64,000 nt of DNA from a virus, in IMG/VR virus record IMGVR_UViG_3300036791_000264, positions 32,001-96,000 of that record. One strand, given 5' to 3'. The notes beneath the pieces were generated by a model. It was given only the letters and a program-made list of their open reading frames with translations. It ran no database searches and was not told the origin of the DNA. Both the position numbers and the translations under genes were made by a program. The number at the start of each line of letters is the position of its first letter. Positions within the stretch are counted from its first letter, which is position 1. Positions 39,998 through 49,099 of this stretch are shown here, one piece after another.

Positions 39998-40419
39998 GGT
40001 GCGTGGCTCCTGGTGTGGTAGCGGGATTGACAGGGGTCACTCTACAGGACCGCGACACGTCAGACACATCATTCGCATGTGCCATTGGTCACACGTAACT
40101 GCTCGCACTCGCATGCTGACCCCTGCTCGTTTGCCTTGAGAGGCCCCTGTACGCCTCTGTGTGGCTCGCACCCCCTGTTCGGGGGCAACCACCCACGGGA
40201 GAGGCTCCTGGGGCCACACAGGGGAAATGGGTGTCGGTTCACCAGCCGAGAAACCCTTGCAGCACAAGGGAAATCTGCACATTGGCAGGTACACAGACAT
40301 GCTCGCACTCACATGTATGGCTGATGCATTCCATACACCGCCCACGCTCAGGAGAAGAAATCTGGAGAAATCTGCCTACCTGCTACCGCTCGCACTCGTA
40401 TGTGCTGTACGGTGTGGAC
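39998..40419. promoter_or_regulatory. Divergent early control region with three copies of GCTCGCACTC(R)YATG
   Basis: Copies at 40101, 40301 and 40388; -10 boxes facing both ways. Confidence 0.7.
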
Positions 40420-41016
40420 ATGGCAAAGAACGCAAGCACCATCACCCCTGAACTGGAGGCCAAGGCACTGAGTGTCGTCGCCTCCCTGACTGGCCCCCCG
40501 GCTGGCTTCGTGCCCGCCACCCCAGGCCAGGTCACAGTCGGCCAAGTGGTCTCCTGCTGGGGCCACAACAAGCAGCGCGTGGGTGTCGTCACTGAGGTGA
40601 CCAAGACCCGCCTCCATGTCCTCTTCACCACCCCTGGTGCCATCAAGGAGGCCCAGGACGGTACGGCTCGCACCCTGGCCCAGCCCACCGACGTGGAGAG
40701 CTACATCGCCGGGTACCGCCGCACCTACACCAGCAACTACCTGTTCCTGATCGATGAGTCCCGTGACGCCACTGCCAAGTACGGCTGGAACTACAACCAG
40801 GGTGAGAAGGTGCGGGACCAGGAGTATCTGGTCAACAACGCGGACCGTCTGGCTGACCTGGAGGAGGAGGGCTTTGAGGCTCGCCTGGCCCGCCAGTCCC
40901 AGGCCCAGCTTGATGGCGTCCTCAAGAACAAGCTCGTGCCCTGGCAGGATCGGGTGGGCTACACCCACTCCTGGAAGAAGATCTCGGACTGCTACGTGGA
41001 GGAGGTGGTCGCCTGA
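40420..41016 (+). CDS. Hypothetical early protein
   Basis: Leaderless TACGGT-6nt-ATG start. Confidence 0.65.
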   Translation: MAKNASTITPELEAKALSVVASLTGPPAGFVPATPGQVTVGQVVSCWGHNKQRVGVVTEVTKTRLHVLFTTPGAIKEAQDGTARTLAQPTDVESYIAGYRRTYTSNYLFLIDESRDATAKYGWNYNQGEKVRDQEYLVNNADRLADLEEEGFEARLARQSQAQLDGVLKNKLVPWQDRVGYTHSWKKISDCYVEEVVA

Positions 41017-41037
41017 CGAATCTGATAATCTCCTGAT

Positions 41038-41067
41038 CCGCATGCATGTGACGCTACATGCATGCGG
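41038..41067. repeat. 12-bp perfect inverted repeat upstream of a TAAGAT -10 box
   Basis: CCGCATGCATGT-gacgct-ACATGCATGCGG. Confidence 0.8.
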
Positions 41068-41113
41068 GATCGGGTAAGATGGCACCACTACCACACAAGA
41101 CCGAGAGGCACCG

Positions 41114-41443
41114 ATGTATCCCAGCAGCCCCACCACCTACAAACTCCCCTTTGACGACACCGTGCGCGTCGCCAGCAAGTGCCGGTACGTGCTAGTCCGG
41201 ATCCCCAACAAGGGGGACGACCCCAAGCCTGAGATCCTGCTTCGCTCCGAGAATCTCGCCACCCTGGAGCGCAAGTACGACCCAGCCACCGACTACATCA
41301 TCGACCAGGCTCGTGGCCTGGTGACCTACCACTTCAACGGCAAGCAGGAGCGCTTCGACGGCATCGAGGGCAAGCATGTGTACTACGGCTCGCCCCCCTT
41401 CGTGGTCTCCCACAGCTTGCACGGTGGAAGGCAGATCCTCTGA
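41114..41443 (+). CDS. Hypothetical protein
   Basis: SD GAGG. Confidence 0.6.
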   Translation: MYPSSPTTYKLPFDDTVRVASKCRYVLVRIPNKGDDPKPEILLRSENLATLERKYDPATDYIIDQARGLVTYHFNGKQERFDGIEGKHVYYGSPPFVVSHSLHGGRQIL

Positions 41444-41640
41444 TGGACATCCTGATCACCGTGACCGGTCTCGTTCGCGACGAGGGCACCCTGGTGCTGC
41501 TCTCCGGGCTGACCGAAGACAACCGTGACGTGGTGTTCGCCTGTGAGCATCGCTACGCCCCCGACATCCTGGCCGCAGTCGAGGCTGGTGAAGAGCCGCT
41601 GGTGGAGGTGCCCAGCTACCTGCTGGTGGGCGGTCTCTGA
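41443..41640 (+). CDS. Hypothetical protein
   Basis: TGATG coupling. Confidence 0.6.
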   Translation: MDILITVTGLVRDEGTLVLLSGLTEDNRDVVFACEHRYAPDILAAVEAGEEPLVEVPSYLLVGGL

Positions 41641-41906
41641 TGCCCAGGCGTGACTTCCCCAGCTTCGGCATGCTCACCGATGAGGGTGACATCGCCGTGC
41701 ATCGCATGGTGACCTGCGTCGTCACTGACATCAACGCCGGCAGGATCCGCCGCATCGAGCTAGAGGGCCGGATCAAGCTGGGCTGCACCTGGGTGGACGA
41801 GACCGGTCACCGCGAGGTGTGGGGCACCCAGCCGCAGGGTGACATCGAGGACGCCATCAACCGAGCCTGCCTGGCCCAGGGCTGGCAGAGGGTGGTGGTG
41901 CCATGA
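41640..41906 (+). CDS. Hypothetical protein
   Basis: TGATG coupling. Confidence 0.6.
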   Translation: MPRRDFPSFGMLTDEGDIAVHRMVTCVVTDINAGRIRRIELEGRIKLGCTWVDETGHREVWGTQPQGDIEDAINRACLAQGWQRVVVP

Positions 41907-42072
41907 TTCCTCGCCAGGGTGACCAGCATGCCAGTGCGAACGCTGGTATGCTGGTCCCCGTGACCCCGTTGGGACTCCGAGACTGGGGCTGCCTTGAAAT
42001 AAATCAGGGGATCAGCCAAGAAAATAGCCGGAATGACCCACATACGTCTGCTCGCTCCCCTATACTGGCCCC

Positions 42073-43023
42073 ATGGCACATGACATGACCCCCGACCAGC
42101 AGTACGACCTCGTGTATCAGGTCATCCGCGAGATCGCCGTCCGCTGTGACGGCGCCCAGTCCAAGGACTTCGTGGGCTTCAACGGTGTCGACTCCAAGTT
42201 TGGTCGCCGCATCGCCTCAGTCCCTCGTGACCAGTGGACCCCCGATGTCTGCCTGGAGGCTGCCCACATCGTCCTCAAGTACCGGGAGCAGGGCATCACC
42301 TACACCGGGGTGGATGTCGCCACGCTCCCGGTGGTCAGGGATGCCCAGGACAACGGCACCAACTACGCCGCCCGCAACCAGGCCCGTGGGTACGAGAAGA
42401 GGGCCAAGGCCAAGGCCAACCGCAAGGTGATCGTGGTCGAGGGCAAGCTGGCCGTGGCCTGGGGCAGTGACCCGGACTTCTCTGACCTGCTGGACGCGGT
42501 CAAGAAGATCCCTGGCCGCGACTACGTGAGCTACCCGGTGAAGGCCAACAAGGTCAACGCCTCCCCTGAACTGGACGCCTTCATCGACGCCTTCGACTTC
42601 ACCGTGACCGATGAGGCCCGCAAGCTGCTGGAGGCCCCTCGTCAGGCGCCTCCGGTCCACTACGAGATCACGCTGGGCCAGGACGGCAAGGTCTACATCA
42701 AGACCGGCCTGACCGCTCCTGGTCAGCCGGCCTGTGACGCGGTCAAGGCCCTGCCTGGCCGGGGATTCGACCGGGCCAGCTACAGCAACTACGCCAACCC
42801 TCACCCCCAGGTGCTGGCCTTCGCTCAGACCTTCAAACTGAACGTCAGCCCGGACGCAGTCCAGGCTTGTGAAGCTGCCCAGGCTGCCCTGGAGGCCCGC
42901 CAGGTCGGTGGGCTGAGTGAGACCGACGTCAAGACGGTCCTGCAAGAGGTCAGCCGCTGTGGCAAGCCTCAGGATCTGCCCCCCGTGTTCGTCGCCATGT
43001 TCAAGGAGATGATGGCCCGATGA
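42073..43023 (+). CDS. Protein with two HARP-like repeats (resembles the N-terminal half of annealing helicases)
   Basis: 'CDGA...D..GFN..D' segment; repeats 'DAVKKIPGRDY' and 'DAVKALPGRGF'. Confidence 0.55.
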   Translation: MAHDMTPDQQYDLVYQVIREIAVRCDGAQSKDFVGFNGVDSKFGRRIASVPRDQWTPDVCLEAAHIVLKYREQGITYTGVDVATLPVVRDAQDNGTNYAARNQARGYEKRAKAKANRKVIVVEGKLAVAWGSDPDFSDLLDAVKKIPGRDYVSYPVKANKVNASPELDAFIDAFDFTVTDEARKLLEAPRQAPPVHYEITLGQDGKVYIKTGLTAPGQPACDAVKALPGRGFDRASYSNYANPHPQVLAFAQTFKLNVSPDAVQACEAAQAALEARQVGGLSETDVKTVLQEVSRCGKPQDLPPVFVAMFKEMMAR

Positions 43024-43472
43024 CTCGCACCGACCCCACCTACTGGGACGCTCCCGACACCGCATGCATGCCATGCCGGGGTCGGGGCTGGATCATCCAG
43101 GAGGATCCCTCCGGTGCCCCCAGCACCCAGGTCACATGCCCCTACTGCCATGGCAAGCAGACCTCGTGGTGGGTGGCGCCCAACCGCCAGAAGAGGATCA
43201 TCCGCCCCCGCGTCCGCATGCTGCTCATCCTGGCCTGGATCACCTACAGCATCTTCCCCTCGCACCACTTCGTGGCTCACATGCTCCTGCTCATCCCCCT
43301 GGTGGCCGTCCTCCTGGTCATGTGGCTGAAGCCAGCCCTGTGGCCCAAGCTGCCCCGGCGCCAGCATGCCCCAGGCTTCACCGACAACCGTGAGAAGGTG
43401 GCTCTGGGTCTCTTCGCCGGGGTGGTGGCAGCCCGCAGCCTGTTCGGCAACAGCAAGCACAGGGGGTTCTGA
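43020..43472 (+). CDS. Zn-finger + membrane protein
   Basis: CMPCRGRG/CPYCHG followed by TM helices. Confidence 0.6.
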   Translation: MTRTDPTYWDAPDTACMPCRGRGWIIQEDPSGAPSTQVTCPYCHGKQTSWWVAPNRQKRIIRPRVRMLLILAWITYSIFPSHHFVAHMLLLIPLVAVLLVMWLKPALWPKLPRRQHAPGFTDNREKVALGLFAGVVAARSLFGNSKHRGF

Positions 43473-43526
43473 GAAATGCATGAACCTGCTCACACAAGTA
43501 TGTGGTCATACGGTACGATGGGAGAC

Positions 43527-45059
43527 ATGGCACATGACATCGATCCTGTTCTGAACTTCGACCGCTACCTCCCTGAGGGCCAGCACCTCTACGACTTCCA
43601 GCATGTGGGTGTGGCCTACGCCCTGTGGGCCACCCGTGAGGGCAAGGGCGCCTGGATTGCTGACGAGCAGGGGCTGGGCAAGACGGCCCAGGCCATTGCC
43701 GCCCTGCTGGCCGACGCCGCCCATAAGGGCCAGGAGGTCAACGCCCTGATCGTGGTCAAGGCCAGCATCAAGGCCAACTGGGCCAAGGAACTGGCCCGGT
43801 TCGCCCCTGACCTGGACGTCCAGGTGCTGGGTGGCACCCGCCCCTACCAGATCCTGGGCCAGGTCGCCATCATCTCGTTCAACCTGCTGAAGGTGTGGAG
43901 TGACGCCCTGGTCGACCGGGGTTTCACCAGCCTGATCATCGATGAGAGCCACAACGTCAAGGACGCCAAGACCCAGCAGACCAAGGCTGCCCTGAAGGTC
44001 GCCGCCGACATCCGCAGCCGGCAGGGCATGGTGCTGCTGCTGTCTGGCACGCCTCTCCTGAATCGCCCGGTCGAGTTGGTATCCCAACTCCAGATGATGG
44101 GGCGCCTGGAGGACGTGTCCCCGGCTCCCTGGGGCAAGGCCAACCCCACCGCCCGTGACTGGGAGTACGCCTTCATGATGACCTTCTGTGACCCCAGCAA
44201 GAATGCCTACGGCAAGTACGAGTTCAAGGGCGGCTCCCGCCTCCACCTCCTCAACAGCAACGTCCGCTCTGAGTGCTGCATCCGCCGCCTTCGCAACGAG
44301 GTGCTGGACATGGACGACACCCACCGGGTGCCGGTCAGCCTGAGCCTCAACGGTGACCTGGACCCCTACTGGGCCACCGAGAAAAACTTCGTGCCCAAGA
44401 ATGAAAACTCAGCCACCATCGAACTGATCGGTCAGCTTCGCAAGGCCATCTCGACCTGCAAGATCCCTGCCGCCATTGAGTGGATCAAGGACTTCCTGGC
44501 CGAGAACGAGGGCAAGAAGCTGGTGGTGTGGGCTGACCACATCGAGGCCCAGGTGGAGGTCACCAACGCCCTCCAGGCTGCCGGCATCCGGGCCACCTAC
44601 CTGAAGGGCGCCCAGGACAAGGGCCGGATCGAGGAAGCCAAGGAAGCCTTCAACCAGGGTGACACCCAGGTGCTGGTGTGCAGCCTGAAGGCGCACGGGT
44701 TCGGTCACACCTTCACCGGCAACGGTCACAACGTCACCGACTGCCTATTTTTGGAGCAGCCCTGGCACCCTGGTGCGGTCACCCAGGCTGAGGATCGTAT
44801 CAACCGCATCGGCCAGAACGCTGAGGCCGTCTTCGCCCATACGCTCCTGGTGCCTGGCACCATCGATGAGTGGCTCTCAGACCTGATCAACGCCAAGTGG
44901 GCCACGTTCAAGGCTGCGGTGGACGGCTCCATCCCCACCTGGGAGCAGGATGACATCATGACCCTGCTGGCTGCCAAGCTGGAGGCCCACCTCCGGGCCA
45001 AGTACGGTGACAACCACCCGGCTCTGCCCCGTCCTGCCCAGGAGGGTGACATCGCCTGA
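43527..45059 (+). CDS. SNF2-family (SMARCAL1/HARP-like) helicase/ATPase
   Basis: 'ADEQGLGKT', 'IIDESH', 'LLSGTPLLNRPVEL', 'QAEDRINRIGQ'. Confidence 0.92.
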   Translation: MAHDIDPVLNFDRYLPEGQHLYDFQHVGVAYALWATREGKGAWIADEQGLGKTAQAIAALLADAAHKGQEVNALIVVKASIKANWAKELARFAPDLDVQVLGGTRPYQILGQVAIISFNLLKVWSDALVDRGFTSLIIDESHNVKDAKTQQTKAALKVAADIRSRQGMVLLLSGTPLLNRPVELVSQLQMMGRLEDVSPAPWGKANPTARDWEYAFMMTFCDPSKNAYGKYEFKGGSRLHLLNSNVRSECCIRRLRNEVLDMDDTHRVPVSLSLNGDLDPYWATEKNFVPKNENSATIELIGQLRKAISTCKIPAAIEWIKDFLAENEGKKLVVWADHIEAQVEVTNALQAAGIRATYLKGAQDKGRIEEAKEAFNQGDTQVLVCSLKAHGFGHTFTGNGHNVTDCLFLEQPWHPGAVTQAEDRINRIGQNAEAVFAHTLLVPGTIDEWLSDLINAKWATFKAAVDGSIPTWEQDDIMTLLAAKLEAHLRAKYGDNHPALPRPAQEGDIA

Positions 45060-45091
45060 GGGTCATGTGCCAACATAACCTCAGGTTGAAA

Positions 45092-45119
45092 CCAGGAGGC
45101 CCCTACGGGGGTCTCCTGG
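45092..45119 (+). terminator. Hairpin terminator
   Basis: CCAGGAGGCCCC-tacg-GGGGTCTCCTGG. Confidence 0.65.
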
Positions 45120-45246
45120 CGCGTCTGGCCCAGGAATGGCCCATGGTGCCATACGTGACCACCGGGCCGCACAGAGCCGCACAGGCCCCGGAGAAAAGAT
45201 GCCAACCTGCTACCGCTCACGTTCACATGTGCCCTATGATGGAGGC

Positions 45247-45891
45247 ATGGCACATGACTCAGATCCCATCACCGCTACCTACGAGGGCTTCACCGTCATC
45301 TACGACGGTCGCGGCATCGCCGCCTGCCACGAGCAGGTCGACGCCCTGCACCGCCAGGCTCAGGGCCTTGCCCCTCGCTTCGCGGATGACACCGCCGACT
45401 CAGGCTGCACCAACTACGGCGATCTCAAGGGCGCCGGCCCCCGCCAACTGAAGGCGTACGCCCTGATCGCCCAGGCCCACGCCTGGAACGAGATCGCCGG
45501 CATCCTGGAGCAGGCCAGGGACGCCCGCAACGCCCCCCGCACCGATGACCGCGGTGTCCGCTACGTGGAGGCCGGCGCCCCTGCCCCTCGCTCCTTCGCT
45601 GACCCCGTCACCTGTGGCACCTGTGGCCGCACCTGGGACGACAAGGTGCCCACCGGGGTCACGCCGGCTCCTGCCGCCCGCTGCCCCTTTGAGTACGACC
45701 ACGAGGATCTGGTGGATGACGAGCCTGTCCACCCCTGGCAGGCTCAGGTCAACGTCGTCCACGGCACCCCCCGCCTTGTGACAGACGCACAGCTACAGGC
45801 AGCCTTCCTGGCTGCTCGCCGGCACGGTGTGATCCTCCAGGATGATGTCCTGCGGGCCATCATCGCCGCTGCCCAGGAGGTTCGCCCCTGA
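45247..45891 (+). CDS. Hypothetical early protein (starts MAHD)
   Basis: TATGAT-6nt-ATG start; CGTCGRTWDD...RCPFEY. Confidence 0.65.
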   Translation: MAHDSDPITATYEGFTVIYDGRGIAACHEQVDALHRQAQGLAPRFADDTADSGCTNYGDLKGAGPRQLKAYALIAQAHAWNEIAGILEQARDARNAPRTDDRGVRYVEAGAPAPRSFADPVTCGTCGRTWDDKVPTGVTPAPAARCPFEYDHEDLVDDEPVHPWQAQVNVVHGTPRLVTDAQLQAAFLAARRHGVILQDDVLRAIIAAAQEVRP

Positions 45892-45918
45892 GACCAGCCG
45901 ACACCAACACAAGCACAC

Positions 45919-45945
45919 GAGGCCCCCCTACACCAGGGGGGCCTC
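45919..45945 (+). terminator. Hairpin terminator
   Basis: GAGGCCCCCCT-acacc-AGGGGGGCCTC. Confidence 0.7.
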
Positions 45946-46297
45946 TTCACGTTACCGACCCCTGCACACCACCACACCAGCCACACACCAGGATGCCACC
46001 ACATGCCTCTGTACGCTCTCCTATGCCACCCAACCCACCCTAGAGGCACCAGCCACCTCATAGGCGACCACAGCACCCCCTGGGACCGCACAGCACCCTC
46101 TCAGCCCATCCACGCTCACACGCAGCATGCCATAGGCCCACCCCACCCCGTATAGATCGCCCTATGCCCCAGAGTGCCTGAGGTGATCCCACCAGCTACG
46201 TAGACAGGCCAGCAGCACACCCGTGATCAACTCATCCAGGGGGAGGGTATCCCTCCAACCTGGCCCTACAGCCAGCCAGGTGGGGGGGACATAGGCC

Positions 46298-46443
46298 AGC
46301 ACACCTGTTCGTACCCCTACGAACAGGTGTTCACAAGCCCAAGCATCGCATGCGTACGCATGCGTCATCATGAGCAAACACATGTTCCCACCCATGGGAA
46401 CATGTGTTCGACCACCCCACCCACCCTTACGAACGTACGTTCG
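46298..46443. promoter_or_regulatory. Cluster of five LexA (CGAAC-N4-GTTCG)-like boxes
   Basis: Perfect CGAACGTACGTTCG at 46430 plus four 1-2-mismatch copies at 46298, 46320, 46375 and 46397. Confidence 0.65.
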
Positions 46444-46582
46444 CAAACAGGGTGCCAGGAGGTACTCATGGCTGGGATGGGGAATCGTGAGTAGTACCCC
46501 TAAGTCGCCGCTGTGGTCTTCTGTGTACGAGGGATGGGGGGTGTAGTACCCCTATTCGGGGTTAGCTGCAAGAAAAGGCAGG

Positions 46583-46987
46583 TCAGAGCCTGTTTTTGAC
46601 CCTTCTGGCTGCTCTACGACGAGCAGTAAGACGGCGTGACGACTCCACATGACACTCACAGATCCTGGTGCCTGGGCGGAAGGGATGACCGGCCTTGCAC
46701 AACTCCTGCTTCTTAGGCACCCGGTCCTCTTCGTTCAGATAGCCCATCCTGAACAACGACTGCACCCGCTGGTTGGTGGCTGAGATGGCGGTACCCCAGC
46801 GCTTCGCCAATCGCTCGGTACGTCTTCCATCCCGAATCTGGGCCTCGACCCGGTACTCCTCAGCCCAGCGACGGTGATCCAGCCCGGTGTAGTGGTACCT
46901 CGACTGCTCCTCCGACACCAGCACCCACAGGTCTTCCTCGTCCAGACCCAGTTCCTGAGCGATCCTAGGCAGAAGACGGGGCAGCAT
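46583..46987 (-). CDS. Putative DNA-binding protein (HTH-like + CKAGH tail)
   Basis: 'LAKRWGTAISATNQRV'; C-terminal CKAGHP...ICEC. Confidence 0.45.
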   Translation of the reverse strand: MLPRLLPRIAQELGLDEEDLWVLVSEEQSRYHYTGLDHRRWAEEYRVEAQIRDGRRTERLAKRWGTAISATNQRVQSLFRMGYLNEEDRVPKKQELCKAGHPFRPGTRICECHVESSRRLTARRRAARRVKNRL

Positions 46988-48234
46988 CTTGGCGGGTGAA
47001 GTGCGTCCTGTGTCTCTATGTACGCTCCGGTGAAGCTGAGGAGGCCGTGACGGTCATAGAGGGCTACGCCGTGTGTGAGGATCACCTGGGCATCATGGCC
47101 CAGGGCCTGGACTGGCATGGTGTGCTGAAGGCAGCCCAGAGGCAGGAAGAACAGAGACCCCTGGAGCAGGAGTCATGAGCATCGAGGAACCGGGTCATCC
47201 CTACTTCGACGTACACACCGACTACCGGCCCACTGAGGCGTTCCCTGGCGCCCGCCTCACCACCGCAGGACTGTGGCGTAGGTTCCCTATCACGATGGAC
47301 TCGCCTCACGAGCCATGGTGCCTGCACTTTGAGTGGGGCGCATGTACATGCGGCCCTAGAGAAGGCGAGGAGTTCGTATGAGGCTGCTACGCCATGACTA
47401 CGTCCGGGTAGGAAAGAGCTTCCCGGAGGGACTGGATGAGGAGTCCGACATCTTCTACGTCGCCAACCGGGACAACGACACCGGGCTGGACATCTGGTGG
47501 TGGGGGGAAGAGGAGCAGGGGCGAGATCAGTATGGGGATGTGGATCTGGGCGTACCGGAGGATCCTGGGGCCTGGAGGGAGGGATGAGTCCCCTGCTCGA
47601 CTACGAAGCCGTGAAAGCGCTGCGAGAGTCCCCGGTGAAGAAGTGTCCCGCCTGTGGGTATGCCGAGTACAAGAGCTACTGCCGGGAGTGCGACGTGTAC
47701 TGTCTCCTGGGCCATGGGCACCTCTGTACCACCCTGTACGCCATCCGGGACCGTGAGCATGAGCAGCACCGGCACTACTGAGGCCCTGGTGCTGTGCTTT
47801 GAGGTCTACCGGCTGCCTCCTCCCTGGTTCGTGCCCGTGGAGGCGCCGGCCTGTGGCGTGGTGGCCTACGTCCAGGCTGAGTGGACGAACGACGGGGTAG
47901 CCCGGAGATTCGTGTGTGATCGCCCGGAGGGACACCCGGAGAAGACGAGCAAGTCGGACAAGCATCGCCAGGTGACTGACATGGAGACAGGGGAGACCAT
48001 GGAGTGGTCTATAGGCGGGGAGGTAGGGCGAGATGAGGATGACTGAGTACATCGAGGTGTGCCAGGCCCTGCTGGAGCGCCACGGGGATGGGGAGTGTGT
48101 GGATGCCCAGGATGGCCTCATGGAGGCCCCGGAGTTTCAGGAGGACGGGAACGGGCCGGTGTACGTGTGCGCTGACTCGGCCTAGAAAAACCTCCGGAGT
48201 GACGGCGCCTCCTGGCCTGATATATTCGCCGGCC

Positions 48235-48915
48235 ATGACTACTACACCAGAACCATCCGTAAACGACCTGTCCCCTATGTCCAAGGCTGGCCCCGCCAAC
48301 CTGGAACCAGCCCTTCTGCTCGATACGTCAGGATCTATGTCCTACCCCACCACCGCGGACGGCCAGGTACAGAGGAGGGAACTGGTCGGTGAGGCCATCC
48401 CGCTCATCATCGCCGGTCTGGAGGGCTTCGACGCTCAAGCGGCCAAGGAGACCGAAGCAGCCGGTGAGGAAGAGGGCGGCGTCATGACCGTCACCTTCGC
48501 CTCTGAGGCGAAGGTAGTGGGCGACCTCAACTCGGGCAACGTGCGTGCCCAGTTCGGCTCGATCCAATGGGGTGGGGGCACCAACATCGTGCCTGGCTTC
48601 CAGTTGGTCTTGTCCAACTATTTAGAGGAGTTCGCTGACGAAGATGTGACCAGTCGGCCTTCCCTGTTGTGCATGGTCATCACTGATGGTGAGGCCAGCG
48701 ACGAGGCCGAGTTTGAGGAGTCTCTGTCCAAGAGCAAGGGCGGGACGTATGTCGCGGTGGCTGTCGTGGGCTATGGCCCGGAGCATGACAAGGCCCTGGC
48801 CGGCTACCAGCGCATCGCCGCCGCCAACAACCACGTCCGGGCCTTGTCCTTCGCTGATACGACTGACCCCAACGGCCTGGCCCAGGCCCTGCTGGCGATG
48901 TTTGGCACCCCCTAG
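48235..48915 (+). CDS. vWA domain protein
   Basis: MIDAS motifs 'LLDTSGSM', 'GGT', 'VITDGE'. Confidence 0.9.
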   Translation: MTTTPEPSVNDLSPMSKAGPANLEPALLLDTSGSMSYPTTADGQVQRRELVGEAIPLIIAGLEGFDAQAAKETEAAGEEEGGVMTVTFASEAKVVGDLNSGNVRAQFGSIQWGGGTNIVPGFQLVLSNYLEEFADEDVTSRPSLLCMVITDGEASDEAEFEESLSKSKGGTYVAVAVVGYGPEHDKALAGYQRIAAANNHVRALSFADTTDPNGLAQALLAMFGTP

Positions 48916-48923
48916 AGCAAGAC

Positions 48924-48953
48924 GAAGGGCCTCCCCTTGCCGGGAGGCCCTTC
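48924..48953 (+). terminator. Hairpin terminator
   Basis: GAAGGGCCTCCC-cttgcc-GGGAGGCCCTTC. Confidence 0.75.
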
Positions 48954-49099
48954 TCTCATGCAACCGCACAACCAACCAGGGTCAGTGTAATCGAGAAAAA
49001 TAGCCGGGGTCAAGGGGGCATCTACGCCCGTATTTTTCTGGTGTGGACTGGTAGACTGTGAGGGCTACCTACCACAGCATCCTGCACTCTGGAGAGAAC

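Noticed and set aside
40101-40404. CRISPR-like array of GCTCGCACTC repeats
   Set aside because: The repeats are too short and irregularly spaced (200 and 87 bp), and there are no cas genes; a regulatory motif explains them better.
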